Positions 1 to 41,083 of a stretch of DNA of 64,000 nucleotides are shown piece by piece; the first letter of the stretch is position 1, and every line of letters begins with the position of its first letter. Below the pieces are notes generated by a model. It did no database searches and was not told where the DNA came from. It was given only the letters and a program-made list of their open reading frames with translations. This DNA is from Chrysomallon squamiferum (Eukaryota; Animalia; Mollusca), in assembly GCA_012295275.1 (NCBI GenBank), contig CM022676.1, positions 4,216,001 to 4,280,000 on the forward strand, given 5' to 3'. Made by a program: the position numbers and the translations under genes.

Positions 1-189
1 CGCCATCTTGAAATCTCGTGATATTAGTCAGTGCCAGTAGTCCGTTGTTACTGACAGTCTGATTGGTCAGTTCCCATCTGTAGAGGCATTTGATAAAACA
101 GTCGGCTTTGCATGATATTGTGACGTCACTTCCTTCACCTACAGTGATGTCAGATGAAGAATTGACTCGAACTGAAGTACCGGGACCGT
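1..189 (-). CDS. G1 Ig exon type D (partial)
   Basis: ttcatag|ACGGTCCCGG; DGPGTSVRVNSSSDITVGEGSDVTISCKADCFIKCLYRW. Confidence 0.85.
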
Positions 190-412
190 CTATGAAAATA
201 TAATAATTATAAATTAATTAATTAATTAATTAATAATTTTAATAATATTAATAATTAATAAATAAATAAATACATCAATGATAATTGTTTGTTTCTATTA
301 TCATCAACATGATCCTCATTATAATAATAACCATCAACATCATAGACATATTCATCATCATTATTATTCTTATACCTGCTAATACTGTTGTTATTGGTGT
401 TGTTGTTGTTGC

Positions 413-491
<79 letters not shown>

Positions 492-3447
492 AATTAAATT
501 TATATTATAATACCTCTAACTTTCAACACAATTGTGTTACTCGAATATTGATGATCGATATTTTCACATCGCCAAATATTTCCTTCTTGATTTCTGTTCA
601 CAGATGTTATGGTAACTAGAAACTTGTTACGGAAACATTTGAAAGTGTAATTTCCACTAATACGTGACAAAACATCACAGTGTCCGGGCCCAAAACTATA
701 CACGTCATAGATGACGTCATTCTCAAACCACCTGACGCGATGTGAAGTTTGGAAAATCTGACATGTCAACGTAAATGAAAGACCGCTGACAACGTAAGGG
801 GCAGATCCCTGAAGATTCGGGCGTCCTGAAAGTAAACTGTAAACATTAAACACACCCTGGCACGCCCACACCCTGAGACACAGAGAGAGAAACACACTCA
901 GATAAATACATAGATAAAACAATCTATAGCCTAACAAAGTGAGTCTAATTTTATCTGGATATTCTTAAATAAACGTTTATATCTAACAAATATTATTATA
1001 AATATACACGTCTAACAAATATTGACTTGTTTGTTTATTTTATCATTTGTATTTTTACTCTAATTAGTTTATTACTTACTATGAACAGTCAAACGAAGTG
1101 TTTTATTAGCAGTTTGTTTCGTATCTGGATTTTCAGCAACGCACACATAGAGACCTGATTGTGATATATGAACATTAGCCAATGACAGAATATTTGTGTT
1201 ACTTATGACGTCATCTGCGACCTTCCATTGATAATTACACGTGATGAAACACGTCGCCGAACACAACAGTGTGACGTCACTTCCTTCCACAACAGTCACA
1301 ACAGATGAAGTATTCAGTTTGAGTGATGTTCCAGGACCATCTATAAAAAGCAAAAACATTATCAACATCAGCATCATCATTATCGGTATCATCATTGACT
1401 TCATACATTTGTTTTATCTTTCACAGAGTAGAAACTGTGGGTTGCTCGTATTGTTAGTTGTGAATGTTGTCGTCGTAGTGATGGTGATATCGTAGTGTTT
1501 CAGTTGTTGCTGTTATTATTATAACTATTTATTTATTCTGTTATTATTTTTGATGATTTATTAATTTTATTGTTTTTTCGTCATTAACAGTACTTATTTC
1601 GTAGGATGATAATAATAAACAAAACTGATTTTTACCTCTCACTTCCAGTTTTATTTCATTGCTGCGCTCAAAAAGATCACTACATCTCCACACTGCTCCA
1701 TGTTGACTGAGTTTCACTGATTTTATTGTCAGAGTGTTAATACCATTTGAACAGTTAAAAGTGTATTCTTCTGGATGTTTACTATAAAAATGACACTGTC
1801 CAAGTTCATGCATTATGTGTTCTGTGTTATTCTCAAACCAAATTATTACATCAGAATGGAAAGCTGTCTTGCAGGTAAAAGTAAAAGGTGATCCAACAAT
1901 TGCATATCTGTTTGATGTTGTTAAATTGTAATACAGACCTAAAATTTTAAATAATAAAAAAAAATATATAAAATTAAATTCATTTTTCATAATTACATTC
2001 TTGTTAATTTTTTGTGTTGTTTTCATTAATTTATTTATTTATTATTTATTTATACTTCATTCCATAATTATGTTACATTACGTTACGTTCCTTTACGCTC
2101 TGTTATGGACCGTCATCTTGTTATGTTTTTTTATGTTATGTTATTGTCTCATGTTTTAATACGGATATGTTTCAAAAATTCAAATCACACAATTACGCAG
2201 ATATTTTTTACATTAGTCAACGAAACATAACTTCGACTGAGTATAGATTTCACAGTAAGTAAATTAAATTAACTCAGGTACAGATAAATAGTTGCGTCTC
2301 AAAAGACAGACTGACAGCCCATAATAGAGACACGCCATTTCACAGACAAAACTCTTTATTAGGTCATGTATCCTGTACACCCCTGACTGCATTAATGGTA
2401 TGCTCCAGTCTGTTCATACAAGCAACAGCGAGAGCCTAATTATAATCTGGTAAATGTAATTAATAAATCTACAAAGAAATCTATGAATAAATCTAATTTT
2501 ATATAATTTTGTTCTCTGTTCTGTATTTAGTTTTATCGGACCAGTCTATAATTTATTACAGGTATTATTCAAGGTAAACGGCAGGTAATTAGTAAATGCA
2601 CTCAACCGTGTCTTGTGTTGTTCATGCTGTACTATACTTTATGAGACGTCTGTCTTTTAGGAGGAATATAAAAAACATACTTGTTCGTAAATTACAGATC
2701 CCAGTAACACGAACACACAGAATAACTTATAACTCATTTCAAGTATTTTACTTTTTACTGCTGTTAATATAAAAGCAGTTTTCGACGCCTTCAACGTATG
2801 AGGTTTACTTCCTGCTTCATACACAATATGAACACAAGTGTCACTGGCTCTGCATATTTATGTTTCCCAAGGTTTGTTTCTTACGTTATGACATGACTTG
2901 GTCAGTTTTATTTTGGTATGTTGTGACTCTACCACTCTGTTCAAAACCAGTCATGGATGGAAAAAGTCGAACAAAAGATTTAACGCAAAACACCTAATAC
3001 TCTTTCTGTCAAGTCATTGAGTATCATACTCTTTCTATTGTGTTCGGTTTATACTGGAATGTGTGTGTGTGTGTCTGTGTGTGTGTGTGTGTGTGAGTGT
3101 ATGTGTGTGTCTGTGTGTAATTATTGTTGTTGTTTTGTTATTATTATTATGGTTACTTTATTACATATTTTTATATTGTATTACATTATGTTACATTGCG
3201 TTACGTTATTCTGTGTAATGTACTGTCATATTACGATACATTATGTTATCCTATCTTATGTTATGTTATGGTTTCATATTTTGATAAATATATTTCAAGA
3301 CTTCATGTTGCACAGTCATTACCATTAGACTCCACATTTGGTAAATGAAACGATACTAACTCAGATAGAGATAAATAATTTGAATATAAAATACATACCT
3401 TGTACGTACAATACACATCCCAGTAACACGAATAACTTACAACTCAT
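1..3447 (-). CDS. G1: multi-exon IgSF receptor gene, 5' part (leader-A-B-C-D...), continues off the left edge
   Basis: Exons 3447-3399 (leader), 1938-1636, 1340-1080, 825-514 and 189-<1. All have GT-AG boundaries, are phase 1 and are open. Confidence 0.85.
514..825 (-). CDS. G1 Ig exon type C (V-like)
   Basis: 312 nt, phase 1-1; RPNLQGSAPYVVSGLSFTLTC..RWFEND..IWRCENIDH..VLKVR. Confidence 0.88.
1080..1340 (-). CDS. G1 Ig exon type B (C2/I-like)
   Basis: 261 nt; DGPGTSLKLN..CSATCFITCNYQW..SGLYVCVAEN. Confidence 0.88.
1636..1938 (-). CDS. G1 Ig exon type A (N-terminal V-like)
   Basis: 303 nt; GLYYNLTTS..FTFTC..W..LTIKSVKLSQHGAVWRC..EIKLEVR. Confidence 0.88.
2681..2737 (-). pseudogene. G1 proximal leader exon with phase-0 donor (out of frame with exon A)
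   Basis: MSYKLFCVFVLLGSVIYEQ then CAA|gtatg. It lacks the extra G seen in the intact 58-nt leaders. Confidence 0.6.
3399..3447 (-). CDS. G1 distal signal-peptide exon
   Basis: MSCKLFVLLGCVLYVQ-G|gtatgt, 49 nt, phase 1, compatible with exon A. Confidence 0.7.
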
Positions 3448-4154
3448 TTCCAGTATTTTAGTTTTCACTGTCGTTAATGAAAATATATACTGTCTTAGCT
3501 ACATTTTCCTCATTTAAATTCTTCCTTGTTTTCTTTCCTGTTGATGCGTCACCACGTTTGCTTTCGGTTTCGTAAGCAAAACACCCTTTATATTCTTTGT
3601 AAAATAGACTGTAATAGACTGTAATCTGTAATAGACTGGATTCAATCGAAGGACTTCTGCAGTCTAAGAAAAGACAGTCTACACGAAACTGATTATACTT
3701 TGAGTCTTTTATATTATTATTATTTAACGTTAGTGGTATTAGCATACATTTATGTAATAATGCTATGAATTATTGACAATGTTTTAGTTCAGGAATGGGC
3801 AAGCTTTTTTCAAGAAGCTGCCCACATGAGACAAGGCTCATCCTCAGTTGGGCCGCAGGTACTAATTCAGGCGATTTTATTTTTTAAAAATTTTCATTTT
3901 CATTTACTTCAGGAACTGTTATAATAATATAAAAAAGTGACATGTGTTTTAGAATCTTAGTAGATGACAAAATAGACTCATGTTATAAAATTTGAACTTA
4001 CATTATTTTCCCTGTGAAATTTTTTTATGACTGTTTTAGACATATTCGTACGTGCACATACTGGCATATATGTTTTTGAAAAGTAGGAAGATATGGTTTA
4101 TTTTGTTCGTTTTTATATAAAAAAAAATAATATTTATTTTTTTTTTTTTTTTTT

Positions 4155-4212
<58 letters not shown>

Positions 4213-4549
4213 TATTTTTAATTAAAACACGCGGAATAACGCCTACATTTGTTTGTTCAGATAAAATAACTGATTATACCACCACCCTCTGTAAACATCA
4301 CTGCATCCGTTTCTCACACGAGATTTCCAGGTGTAATTCATGACGATATGAAACAGAACCATATGAAAGATTACTTACACCGATAAATTTGTTTGTCAAA
4401 ACATAGTAAATGTATTCGTCACATAACAAACTGAAAATCTGAAGAAATATGTTGGGTAAACTCAGAATATTTTGTTTCTCGATAACATGTGAACCTTAAC
4501 TGGGCCTCTTTCAAACGGAATATCTGCAGTCGATATTTTGAAAAAATTT

Positions 4550-4614
<65 letters not shown>

Positions 4615-4624
4615 TAACAATAAC

Positions 4625-4657
<33 letters not shown>

Positions 4658-5497
4658 GAAGAAGAAGAAGAAGAAAAGAACATGTTGGATGTACTAAAAT
4701 ATTTCTTTCTTTCTTCTTTTCTTTTTACAGAATCACTGTAAACAGTCGAATACACAACAAACAATACACTGACAAATTACGTCATCTCCGATCATGCGTA
4801 AAACCTACTTTTTCTACTATGTCGACCGTCTTGAAATATTAACCAGCAAACAATAATTTCCACCTTCAAAAGTTGAATGCATTTTAATCTATGCCGTTCA
4901 GCTAATTGATATATATAACAATTTATAACAAATCCGATAAATAGGTTATATCTACAAGTCACTATTTTTTTTATGTTTTTATTATTGATATCCGAGTGTA
5001 TTTTACCTTACAGGTGTATGTATTTCCATATTTTCATTTATACAGATATATATATAGACATGTAGTTAAGTATATATATATATAGATATATATATATATA
5101 TACATATAAAAACAAACATACACGCACACACACACACATATATACGCATATATATATAAATATAGCGTGTTTGTGTGTGTGTCCGTGCGTGCGTGTAAGT
5201 AAGTGTGCGTGTGCATTTTTAATAATTACAAATCTTTACTGCAGAGATAAAGGACGGCCATTTTGAATTGTCGCGTGACCTAGACAACATGGATGTTTGC
5301 CAAGGTTTGTTTCTTACGTTATGACAAGACTTGGTCAGTTTTATTCTGGTATGTTGTGACTCTACCACTCTGTTTAAAACCAGCCATGGATGGAAAAAGT
5401 CGAAAAAAAAATTAATCCAAAATACCTAATACTCTTTATTTTGTCACGCCATAGTGTAGCATACTCTTTCTATTGTGTTCGGTTTATACTGAAATAT

Positions 5498-5537
<40 letters not shown>

Positions 5538-5829
5538 TATGTTATTATTGTTGTTGTTTTTCCTATTATGATTATGCTTGCTTTATTGGATATTTTTATG
5601 CCGTGTTACATTATGTTACATTGCGTTACGTTACGCTGAGTAGTGCACTGTCATATAACGATATTTATGTACGTATGTATCTGTGTGTGTGTGTGTGTAT
5701 ATATATAAATATATGTGTGTCTCTGTCTGTGTGTATGTATACTATACCTCTGTATATGTCTACGTATATCTATATATACATATATACACACACTCACACA
5801 CACATACGTTTAGTAGTTACGTAACTTCC

Positions 5830-7500
5830 TTTTATTATGTCCCTTGTCTGTTTTCCTGTTCTAACTGCTTGCCCACAATACGTTTAACCCAAGTTCTGTC
5901 ATTTCGTTAGACGTACGTTCTTACATATGTAATTATATATTCAGAGACAGTGATTGGGTAGACAGATGGATGGATGTGTGGATACAGTGAAGTAAAGAAA
6001 GACAGAACAATCAGACAGAGTAACAGGTAAATAGAGAATAATAGAAAAGAAAACAGAGGTGTGTAAAATCAGAATGGTTCAAGTACAAAGATCGATGGAG
6101 AAAGCTTGTTATAAACAAAGACCCACAAACAAACGAACACATTTGAAAGACAAAGAGAAACATTACTTTCTTATTGTATACACAGGGAAAGAATAAAATA
6201 TAGCAGACAACTGGAAAATAGATTTGTTATGTCAACGAAAAATATCTTTGTGATCACGAACACAGAAACAAACCAGCTATATGATAAGAAAAAACAGCAC
6301 AATGAGCAGAAAAATAGTACACACTAGTTTAGTAGTTATATTAGTTCCCTTCATTATGTCCCTTGTCCTATTTCCGGTTCTAAATGCTTGCTCACAGTTC
6401 CTTTNNNNNNNNNNNNNNNNNNNNNNNNNNNNNNNNNNNNNNNNNNNNNNNNNNNNNNNNNNNNNNNNNNNNNNNNNNNNNNNNNNNNNNNNNNNNNNNN
6501 NNNNNNNNNNNNNNNNNNNNNNNNNNNNNNNNNNNNNNNNNNNNNNNNNNNNNNNNNNNNNNNNNNNNNNNNNNNNNNNNNNNNNNNNNNNNNNNNNNNN
6601 NNNNTAACCATATCTATCCAAGCTGTTCTCTTTTTTTGTGATACTCGTGAGCTATTCATATTTTTATTGTCTATTTACATTGAGTGAAGTAAAATAATAT
6701 GTGATGATTTTGTAAAATTCTGACGAGGTTTCGGGAGTACGAATCTTTTTTTTTTCTTTCTTTTCTTTATATTGTAATAATCGGCTTGGACTGGATTTAA
6801 TTTTTTTTTTTTGTTAACTATGTTTCTGCGTCTGCATGTTTCCTGTTAAATTTCTTTCTCTGTACTGTTAGATTTTATGGGGAATTTTTGCTTATATAAC
6901 ACAGACCGAAATGATAGAAAATGTGTTAAAGGAAATGCGAGCAAGCATTTAGAACGGGAAACAGGACAAGGGACGTAATGAAGGGAACTGATGTAACTAC
7001 TAAACTAGTGTGTACTATTTCTCTGCTCATTATGCTGTCTTTCTTTATCATATAGCTGGTTTGTTTCTGTGTTCGTGATTACAAAGATATTTTTCGTTGT
7101 CATAATAAATACATTTTCCAGTTCTCTGCTATATTTTATTCTTTCCCTTCGTACACAATAAGAAAGTAATGTTTCTCTTTGTCTTTCAAATGTGTTCGTC
7201 TCTTTGTGTGTCATTGTTTATAACAAGCTTTCTCCATCGATTTTTGTATTTCCACGAGTCTGGTTTTAGACACCTCTGTTTTCTTTTCTATTATTCTCTA
7301 GTTATCTGTTACTCTGTCTGTTTTGTCTTTCTTTCTTTACTTCACTGTATCCACACATCCATCCCTCTGTCTACCCAATCACTGTCTCTGAGTATATAGT
7401 TACGTATATAAGAAGGTACGCCTAACGAAATGACAGAACATGGGTTAAACCTATTGTGGGCAACCATTCAGAACAGGAAAACAGACAAGGGACATAATAA
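5830..7500. repeat. Inverted pair of the conserved upstream block (about 5830-6404 vs about 6930-7500); further copies at about 25400-26000, 40380-40980 and 53190-53810(-)
   Basis: The reverse complement of 6361-6404 matches 6928-6971 (aaaggaa..gagcaagcatttagaac.ggaaa.aggacaagg). Confidence 0.8.
6405..6604. other. Assembly gap (200 N)
   Basis: Run of N. Confidence 1.
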
Positions 7501-7504
7501 ACGT

Positions 7505-7538
<34 letters not shown>

Positions 7539-7558
7539 ATAGATCAATAAATAAATAA

Positions 7559-7593
<35 letters not shown>

Positions 7594-7604
7594 GAAACAC
7601 AAAC

Positions 7605-8008
7605 ACAATAGAAACAGTATGCTACTCAATGATTTGACAGAAAGAGTACCATGTGTTTTGCGTTAAATCTTTTGTTCGACTTTTTCCACCCATGACTGGT
7701 TTTAAAACAGAGTGGTAGAGTCCCAACATACGAAAATAAAACTGACCAAGTCTTGTCATAAAGTAAGAAACAAACCTTGGCAAACATCCATGTTGCCTAG
7801 GTTACGTCACAATTCAAAATGGCCGCCATTTATCTATGCAGCAAAGATTTCTGAAAATGCACACGCACACTTACTGACACACACACACACGCACACTTAC
7901 TTACACACAGACACACACATATATATAGGTATGTATGTATACACATATACAAGCATACACTGATACCCAATCATCACATACATAGGTATAGTATGCCTAC
8001 ACACAAAC

Positions 8009-8057
<49 letters not shown>

Positions 8058-8416
8058 GGCAGACACAGAAAAACACACACAATAGAAAGAGTATGCTACT
8101 CAATGACTTCACAGAAACAGTGTCATGTGCTTTAGGTTATATCGTTAGTTCGTCTTTTTTCATGCATCACTGGTTTTAAACAGAGTGGTAGGGTCAGAAC
8201 ATACAACAATAACACTGACCACGTGATGTCATGACGTAAGAAACGAAACTTGGCAATGATGTTGCGTAGGTCTCGCCACAATTCAAAATGGCCGCCCTTT
8301 TTCTATGCAGCAAAGATTTCTGTTGATTAAAAATGCACATACACACTTACTTACATGCACACACACACACACACATATAAAAGGAAAGTTTGTTATTCGA
8401 ACATATACCAACTACC

Positions 8417-8459
<43 letters not shown>

Positions 8460-9064
8460 CTTTTCATTATTACATTCACACCTACATACTTACATACATA
8501 TATTTATATATACATACATATATATATATGTATGTTTGTATATATGTATGAATGTATGTATGGAAACACATATACAAACATACACACATACATACATATA
8601 TATATATGTTTACACTGGAATGGTACATAAGTACATTCGGACATAAATAAAAAGAAAAAAAGAAGGAAAAGTAAATAAAAGAACGTATGTCTAACGAAAT
8701 GACAGAACATCGGTTAACCGAATTTTGGGTAAGGAGTTAGAACAGGAAAACAGTCAAGGCAGATAATTATATATAGGTAGATAGATACGTATACACATAC
8801 ATAGACATAATCTATATACAAACATATATATATATATATACATATACAAACAGACACACACATACATTCCTACGTACATAATATATAATAATATGACAGT
8901 ACACTACACAACGTAACGTAACGATGTGTAACATAATGTAATACAATATAAAAATATGTAAGAAAGCAAGCATAATAATAATTACAAAACCACAACAATA
9001 ATAACACACACACACCTACACACACACCTACACACATACACACACACCTACACACATGTACACA

Positions 9065-9105
<41 letters not shown>

Positions 9106-10090
9106 TATTCCAGTGTAAACCGAACACAATAGAAAGAGTATGCTACTCAATGACTTGACAGAAAGAGTATCATGTGTTTTGCGTTAAATCTTTTGTTCGA
9201 CTTCTTCCATCCATGGCTGGTTTTAAACAGTGTGGTAGAGTCACAACATACCACAATAAAACTGACCAAGTCTTGTCATAAAGTAAGAAACAAACCTTGG
9301 CAAACATCCATGTTGCCTAGGTTACGCCACAATTCAAAATGGCCGCCCTTTATCTATGCAGCAAAGATTTCTAATTACAAAAAATGTACACCCACACTTA
9401 CTAACACACACACACACGCACACTTACTTACACACAGACACACACACATATATATAGATATGTATGTATACACATATACAAGCATCCACTGATACCCGAA
9501 CATGCACATATACCACCTACATGCCTACGCTCATAAATATTACCATACAACATATGTACATGTTATATATATCTATATCTATATATATATATTTTAACAT
9601 TAAATATGTATATATGTAAACAAAAAAGTTACACACACACATATATATATATATATGTAAACATAGAGATACACACATGTATATATATATATATACACTG
9701 ATACCCAAACATGCTCATACATAGGTATAGTATACCTTCATAGAAACAGATTATATATATATATCGACACACACACACACGCACACACAGAAAATCTTGA
9801 CACATACACAATGTAAAGATATACAAAATTCTACTCAATGAATAAAACAAAAAATAAAGAAAAATAAAAAATAAAAAATATCTGAAGAAGAATAAATAAC
9901 CTTATATCTTTAATTCGTCTTTTTTCATGCATCACTGGTTTTAAACAGAGGGTGGGTCAGGTATTTTTCAATAATTCAATCGAGTGATGTCATGACGTAA
10001 GAAAGAAAACTTGGCAAAGATGTTGCGTAGGTCACGCCACAATTCAAAATGGCCGCCCTTTTTCTATGCAGCAAAGATTTCTGTTGACTA
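7605..10090 (+). repeat. Four copies of a ~250-bp upstream module containing CAAAATGGCCGCC, separated by AC/AT microsatellites
   Basis: Copies near 7605, 8078, 9120 and 9915. Also at 26290, 28310, 41145 and, on -, 5225, 62710 and partially 2860. Confidence 0.75.
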
Positions 10091-10199
10091 AAAAGGCACA
10101 TGCACACTTACTTACATGCACACACACAGACACACACACAGTGAAGAAAAGAAAGTAACTATATTTTTATTAACGGCAGTTAAAACTAAAACACTGGAA

Positions 10200-24736
<14,537 letters not shown>

Positions 24737-24846
24737 GTAAGTGAACTGATATTAATAATGCTAAAGAAGAAAACGAGTATAGTGTGTTATTCATACGCTT
24801 ATTCAATCACATTCACGAAAAGAAATCCCCATAAACATATATACAT

Positions 24847-25046
24847 NNNNNNNNNNNNNNNNNNNNNNNNNNNNNNNNNNNNNNNNNNNNNNNNNNNNNN
24901 NNNNNNNNNNNNNNNNNNNNNNNNNNNNNNNNNNNNNNNNNNNNNNNNNNNNNNNNNNNNNNNNNNNNNNNNNNNNNNNNNNNNNNNNNNNNNNNNNNNN
25001 NNNNNNNNNNNNNNNNNNNNNNNNNNNNNNNNNNNNNNNNNNNNNN
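24847..25046. other. Assembly gap (200 N), probably hiding the G2 3' exons
   Basis: Run of N. The right flank matches the G3 3' flank near 40045. Confidence 0.95.
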
Positions 25047-26037
25047 CGTTCAAGTTTACGTATTATAAGGATTTTTCTTTCCACGGCTTCGTAAACTTTG
25101 TCTGTCAAAGCTGTTCCCTTTTTTGGTGATACTTGTGAGTTTTTCGTATTTTTATTTTCTATTTACATTGAGTAAAGCATAATTCTATCTGATGATTTTG
25201 TAAAAGTTGTACGAGGATTCGGGCGTACGAATCGATTTTTTTTTTTAAATTTTATATTGAAATAAACGGCTTGGATTGGATTTAAAAAGCTTTTGTTTTT
25301 TTAAAAAATGTTCCTATATGTGGATGTTTCCTGTTAAATGTCTTTCTCTGTACTGTTAGATTTTATTGGGAATTGTTGCTTATATAACAAAGACCGAAAT
25401 GATAGAAAATGGGTTAAAGCAACTGCGACCGATTATTTACAACGGGAAACAGGATAAGGGACATAATGAAGGGAACTGATGTAACTGCTAAACTAGTGTG
25501 TACCATTTCTCTGCTCATTATATCATGTTTCTTTTTCAAATAGCAGGTTTCATTCTGTGTTCGTGATCACAAAGATATTTTTCGTTGTCATAATAAATAT
25601 ATTTTCCAGTTCTCTGCTATATTTTATTCTTTCCCTGCGTATGCAATAAAAAAGTAATGCTTCTCTTTGTCTTTTAAATGTGTTCTTCTGTTCATGAGTC
25701 TTTGTTTATAGCAAGCTTTCTCCATCGATCTTTGTACTTGAACCATTCTGATTTTACACACCTCTCTTTTCCTTTCTGTTATTCTCTATTTACCTGTTAC
25801 TCTGTCTGATCGTTCTTTCTTTCTTTACTTCACAGTATCCACACATCCATCCATCTGTCTACCCAATCACTGTCTCTGAATATATAATTACATATCTAAG
25901 AACGTACGTCTAACGAAACGACAGAACATGAGCTAAACGTATTGTGGGCAAGTAGTTAGAACAGGAAAACAGATAAGAGACACTATGAAGGGAAGTTACT
26001 TAACTTGTAAACGTATGTGTGTGTTTGTGAGTGTATA

Positions 26038-26088
<51 letters not shown>

Positions 26089-27020
26089 GCACACACTCAG
26101 TTACATTCATTAGTACATATATATCATAATATGACAGTACACTATACAGCGTAACGTAACGCAATGTAACATAATGTAATACAGCATAAAAGTATGTAAT
26201 AAAGCAAGCATAATAATAACAAAACAACAACAGTAATAACAAACAGACACACACACATAGACACACATCCATACATATTGCAGTATAAACCGAACACAAT
26301 AGAAACAGTATACTACTCTATGACGTGACTGAAAGAGTATCAAGTGTTTTAGGTTATATATTTTGTTCGTCTTTTTCATCCATGACTGGTTTTAAACTGA
26401 GAGGTAGAGTTACAACATACCAAAATAAAACTGACCAAGAAACAAAACTTGGAAAACATCGATGTTGTGTAGGTCACGCCACAATTCAAAATGGACGCCC
26501 TTTATCTATGCAGCTAAGATTTCTAATTATAAAAAATGCGCACGCAAACTTACTTACACGCGCACACACACACTCAGATACACTGACATTGATCATACAC
26601 ACCTATACACATATATATATATATTTACATATATACGTACCATCTATCTGCCTAAATCATAAATTTTATATACATCCATATATGCAGATATATATATATA
26701 TAGTAGGACATAACAAACGGAAGTTGCGTAACTACTAAACGTACATATACGTATATATACACCCGTATCCATACAAAGATACATTATACTTACATATATC
26801 CATAGATATATACATACATACATATGCATACACACAGATAATATACATACATTATACATACATATATCCATAGATATAAACATACATGCATACATATCCT
26901 AACAAAATTAGTATTTATATATATATATATATATACACGCATACAGATATACATATATACGAACGTACGTATAGACAAAAAACCCAATAACATAAGCATA
27001 TATAGACACACATATATATT

Positions 27021-27095
<75 letters not shown>

Positions 27096-27903
27096 CCCTC
27101 CCTCTACATTTCTATGAAAAGCAATCCGGATCACACCTGACATAAAATAACTGAGAACACACATAACTCTGCATATTTCATTCTAACTTTCTTTTCAAGT
27201 AAAAAAAAAGAAAAAAAAAAAAAAAAAAAAAATCAAAAAAAAAAAAAAAAAAAACGTGACACCTGTGTCTGAACACAGAAGAATACGTGACAGTTTCTAC
27301 ACTCTTTCATTTTGTTATGTCACGGGTTCGAATGCGATCGTAGGACAAAAAGATTTATCGGTGTAAATAGTCTTTCTTATGCAGCTGCTTTCCTATCGTG
27401 TTGAATTACACTTGACAAAGTCGTCCGAGAGACGGATCCAGTGATATTTATAGGGGGTGTTGCTTGTTTGGTTATTATATCTGTACAAACAGAACTAGGC
27501 GTTCTTGGGCATTTTGTTAAGCATATAATCTATATATCGGTCTGTATGTATATGTATGTATGTCTGTTTATGTGTGTATGTATGTGTGTGTGATAAAACA
27601 TTTCATCACTGGGCCTACCAGGTGAATTGACTTGAAATGCACTGTTTTTGATCGTGATACTTCATTAAATAACAATTGTACAGGTATCCATACAAGAAGG
27701 TAGTGAGAGTAAATCTTACAACTTGACAAAGAAGAAAAATATTTTTTATTCATAGCAGAGAAAACAAGAAACTAGTAAAGAATAGATAATAAAATTAAAA
27801 CGATATTTTATTAACTGCTGTGAAAACAAGAAATTATCGAGGAAAAGATACTAAAACTAGAACTTTATTTTTAATAACGTCAGTGAAAACTAAAAAACTG
27901 GAA

Positions 27904-39550
<11,647 letters not shown>

Positions 39551-41001
39551 TAAAGTTTGAAAATAAATGAAACTGTTGTTCGTGAATGACAAAGAAGAAA
39601 ACAAGTTCTATTTGTTAATCATGTACTTCTTGAAACTGTTTTATGAATACTAACAGGATATTAAATTGTTAAAAGTTTTTTTTTACTAAAATACAAGGAC
39701 TTCAGTTTGTACAGTGACACCACATTTGAACTGTGTAAATAGCTACCTGTGAGAAATGTTATAAATAGTTTAGTGAGTTCATAACAGCGAATTTTTAATC
39801 ATTCATTACCATTGTCTGAGATGTGACTCTAACTATGTGAAAACTTCGGGAGATTTCTGACTTAAAATTAAAATATTTACACACGTATAGATTAACAAAA
39901 AGAAACCTTTGATCAATCTCAGTAACACTGGTCTCTTTCGCACATGTTTCATCTTTTAATTTTTTTATTTCCTCCGATGTAAGATCCTTGACGTCATGAA
40001 AGTCTTTATTTTCTTGTATAACAGTAACATGAGAAATGAAATTTCTTTCCACGGCTTCGTAAATTTTGTCTGTCAAAGCTGTTATCTTTTTTGGTGATAT
40101 TTCTGAGGTTTTCATATTTTTATTCTCTATTTACGTTGAGTAAAGCATAATTCTATGAGATGATTTTGTAAACGTTTGACGAGGATTGGGGCGTACGAAT
40201 CGATTTTTTTTTTTTTTTTTTTTTTTTTTTGGGGGGTTATATTGAAATAAACGGCTTGGATTGGATTTAAAATGCTTTTGTTTTTTTAAACAATGTTTCT
40301 GTGTGTGCATGTTTCCTGTTAAATGTCTTTCTCTGTACTGTTAGATTTTATATGGAATTGTTGCTTATGTATCAAACACTGAAATTAAAGAAAATGGGTT
40401 CAAGGAACTGTGAATAATCATTTAGAACAGGAAACAGGACAAGGGACCTAATGAAGGGAACTGGTGTAAGAACTAAACTAGTGTGTACTATTTCTCTGCT
40501 CATTACGTCATGTTTCTTCTTCATATAGAAGGTTTCTTTCTGTGTTCGTGATTCCAAAGATATTTTTCGTTCACATAATAAATACATTTTCCAGTTCCCT
40601 GCTATATTTCATTCTTTCCCTTCGTACAATATAAGAAAGTAATGTTTCTCTTTGTCTTTCAAATGTGTTCGTCTGTTTGTGTGTGTTTGTTTATAAAAAT
40701 CTTTCTCAGTCGATTTTTATACTTGAACAATTCTGATTTTACACACCTCTCTTTTCTTTTCTGTTATTCTCAATTTATCTGTTACTCTGTCTGATTGTTC
40801 TTTCTTTCTTTACTTCACTGTATCCACACATCCATCCATCTGTCTACCCAATCACTGTCTGTGAATATATAATTACATATGTAAGAACGTACGTCTAACG
40901 AAATGACAGAACATGAGCTAAACGTATTGTGGACAAGTAGTTAGAACAGGAAAACAGACAAGGGAAGTTACTTAACTTGTAAACGTATCTTTGTGTGTGT
41001 C

Positions 41002-41083
<82 letters not shown>

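Noticed and set aside
3790-3870. Possible hAT-type MITE end (caggaatgggcaagct..gggccgc), also near 63762
   Set aside because: No matching second TIR or 8-bp target-site duplication could be identified.
39795-40115. 106-aa minus-strand ORF in the G3 3' flank
   Set aside because: It has no recognisable domain, and the homologous flanks at 25047, 49900 and 54800 do not appear to preserve the frame.
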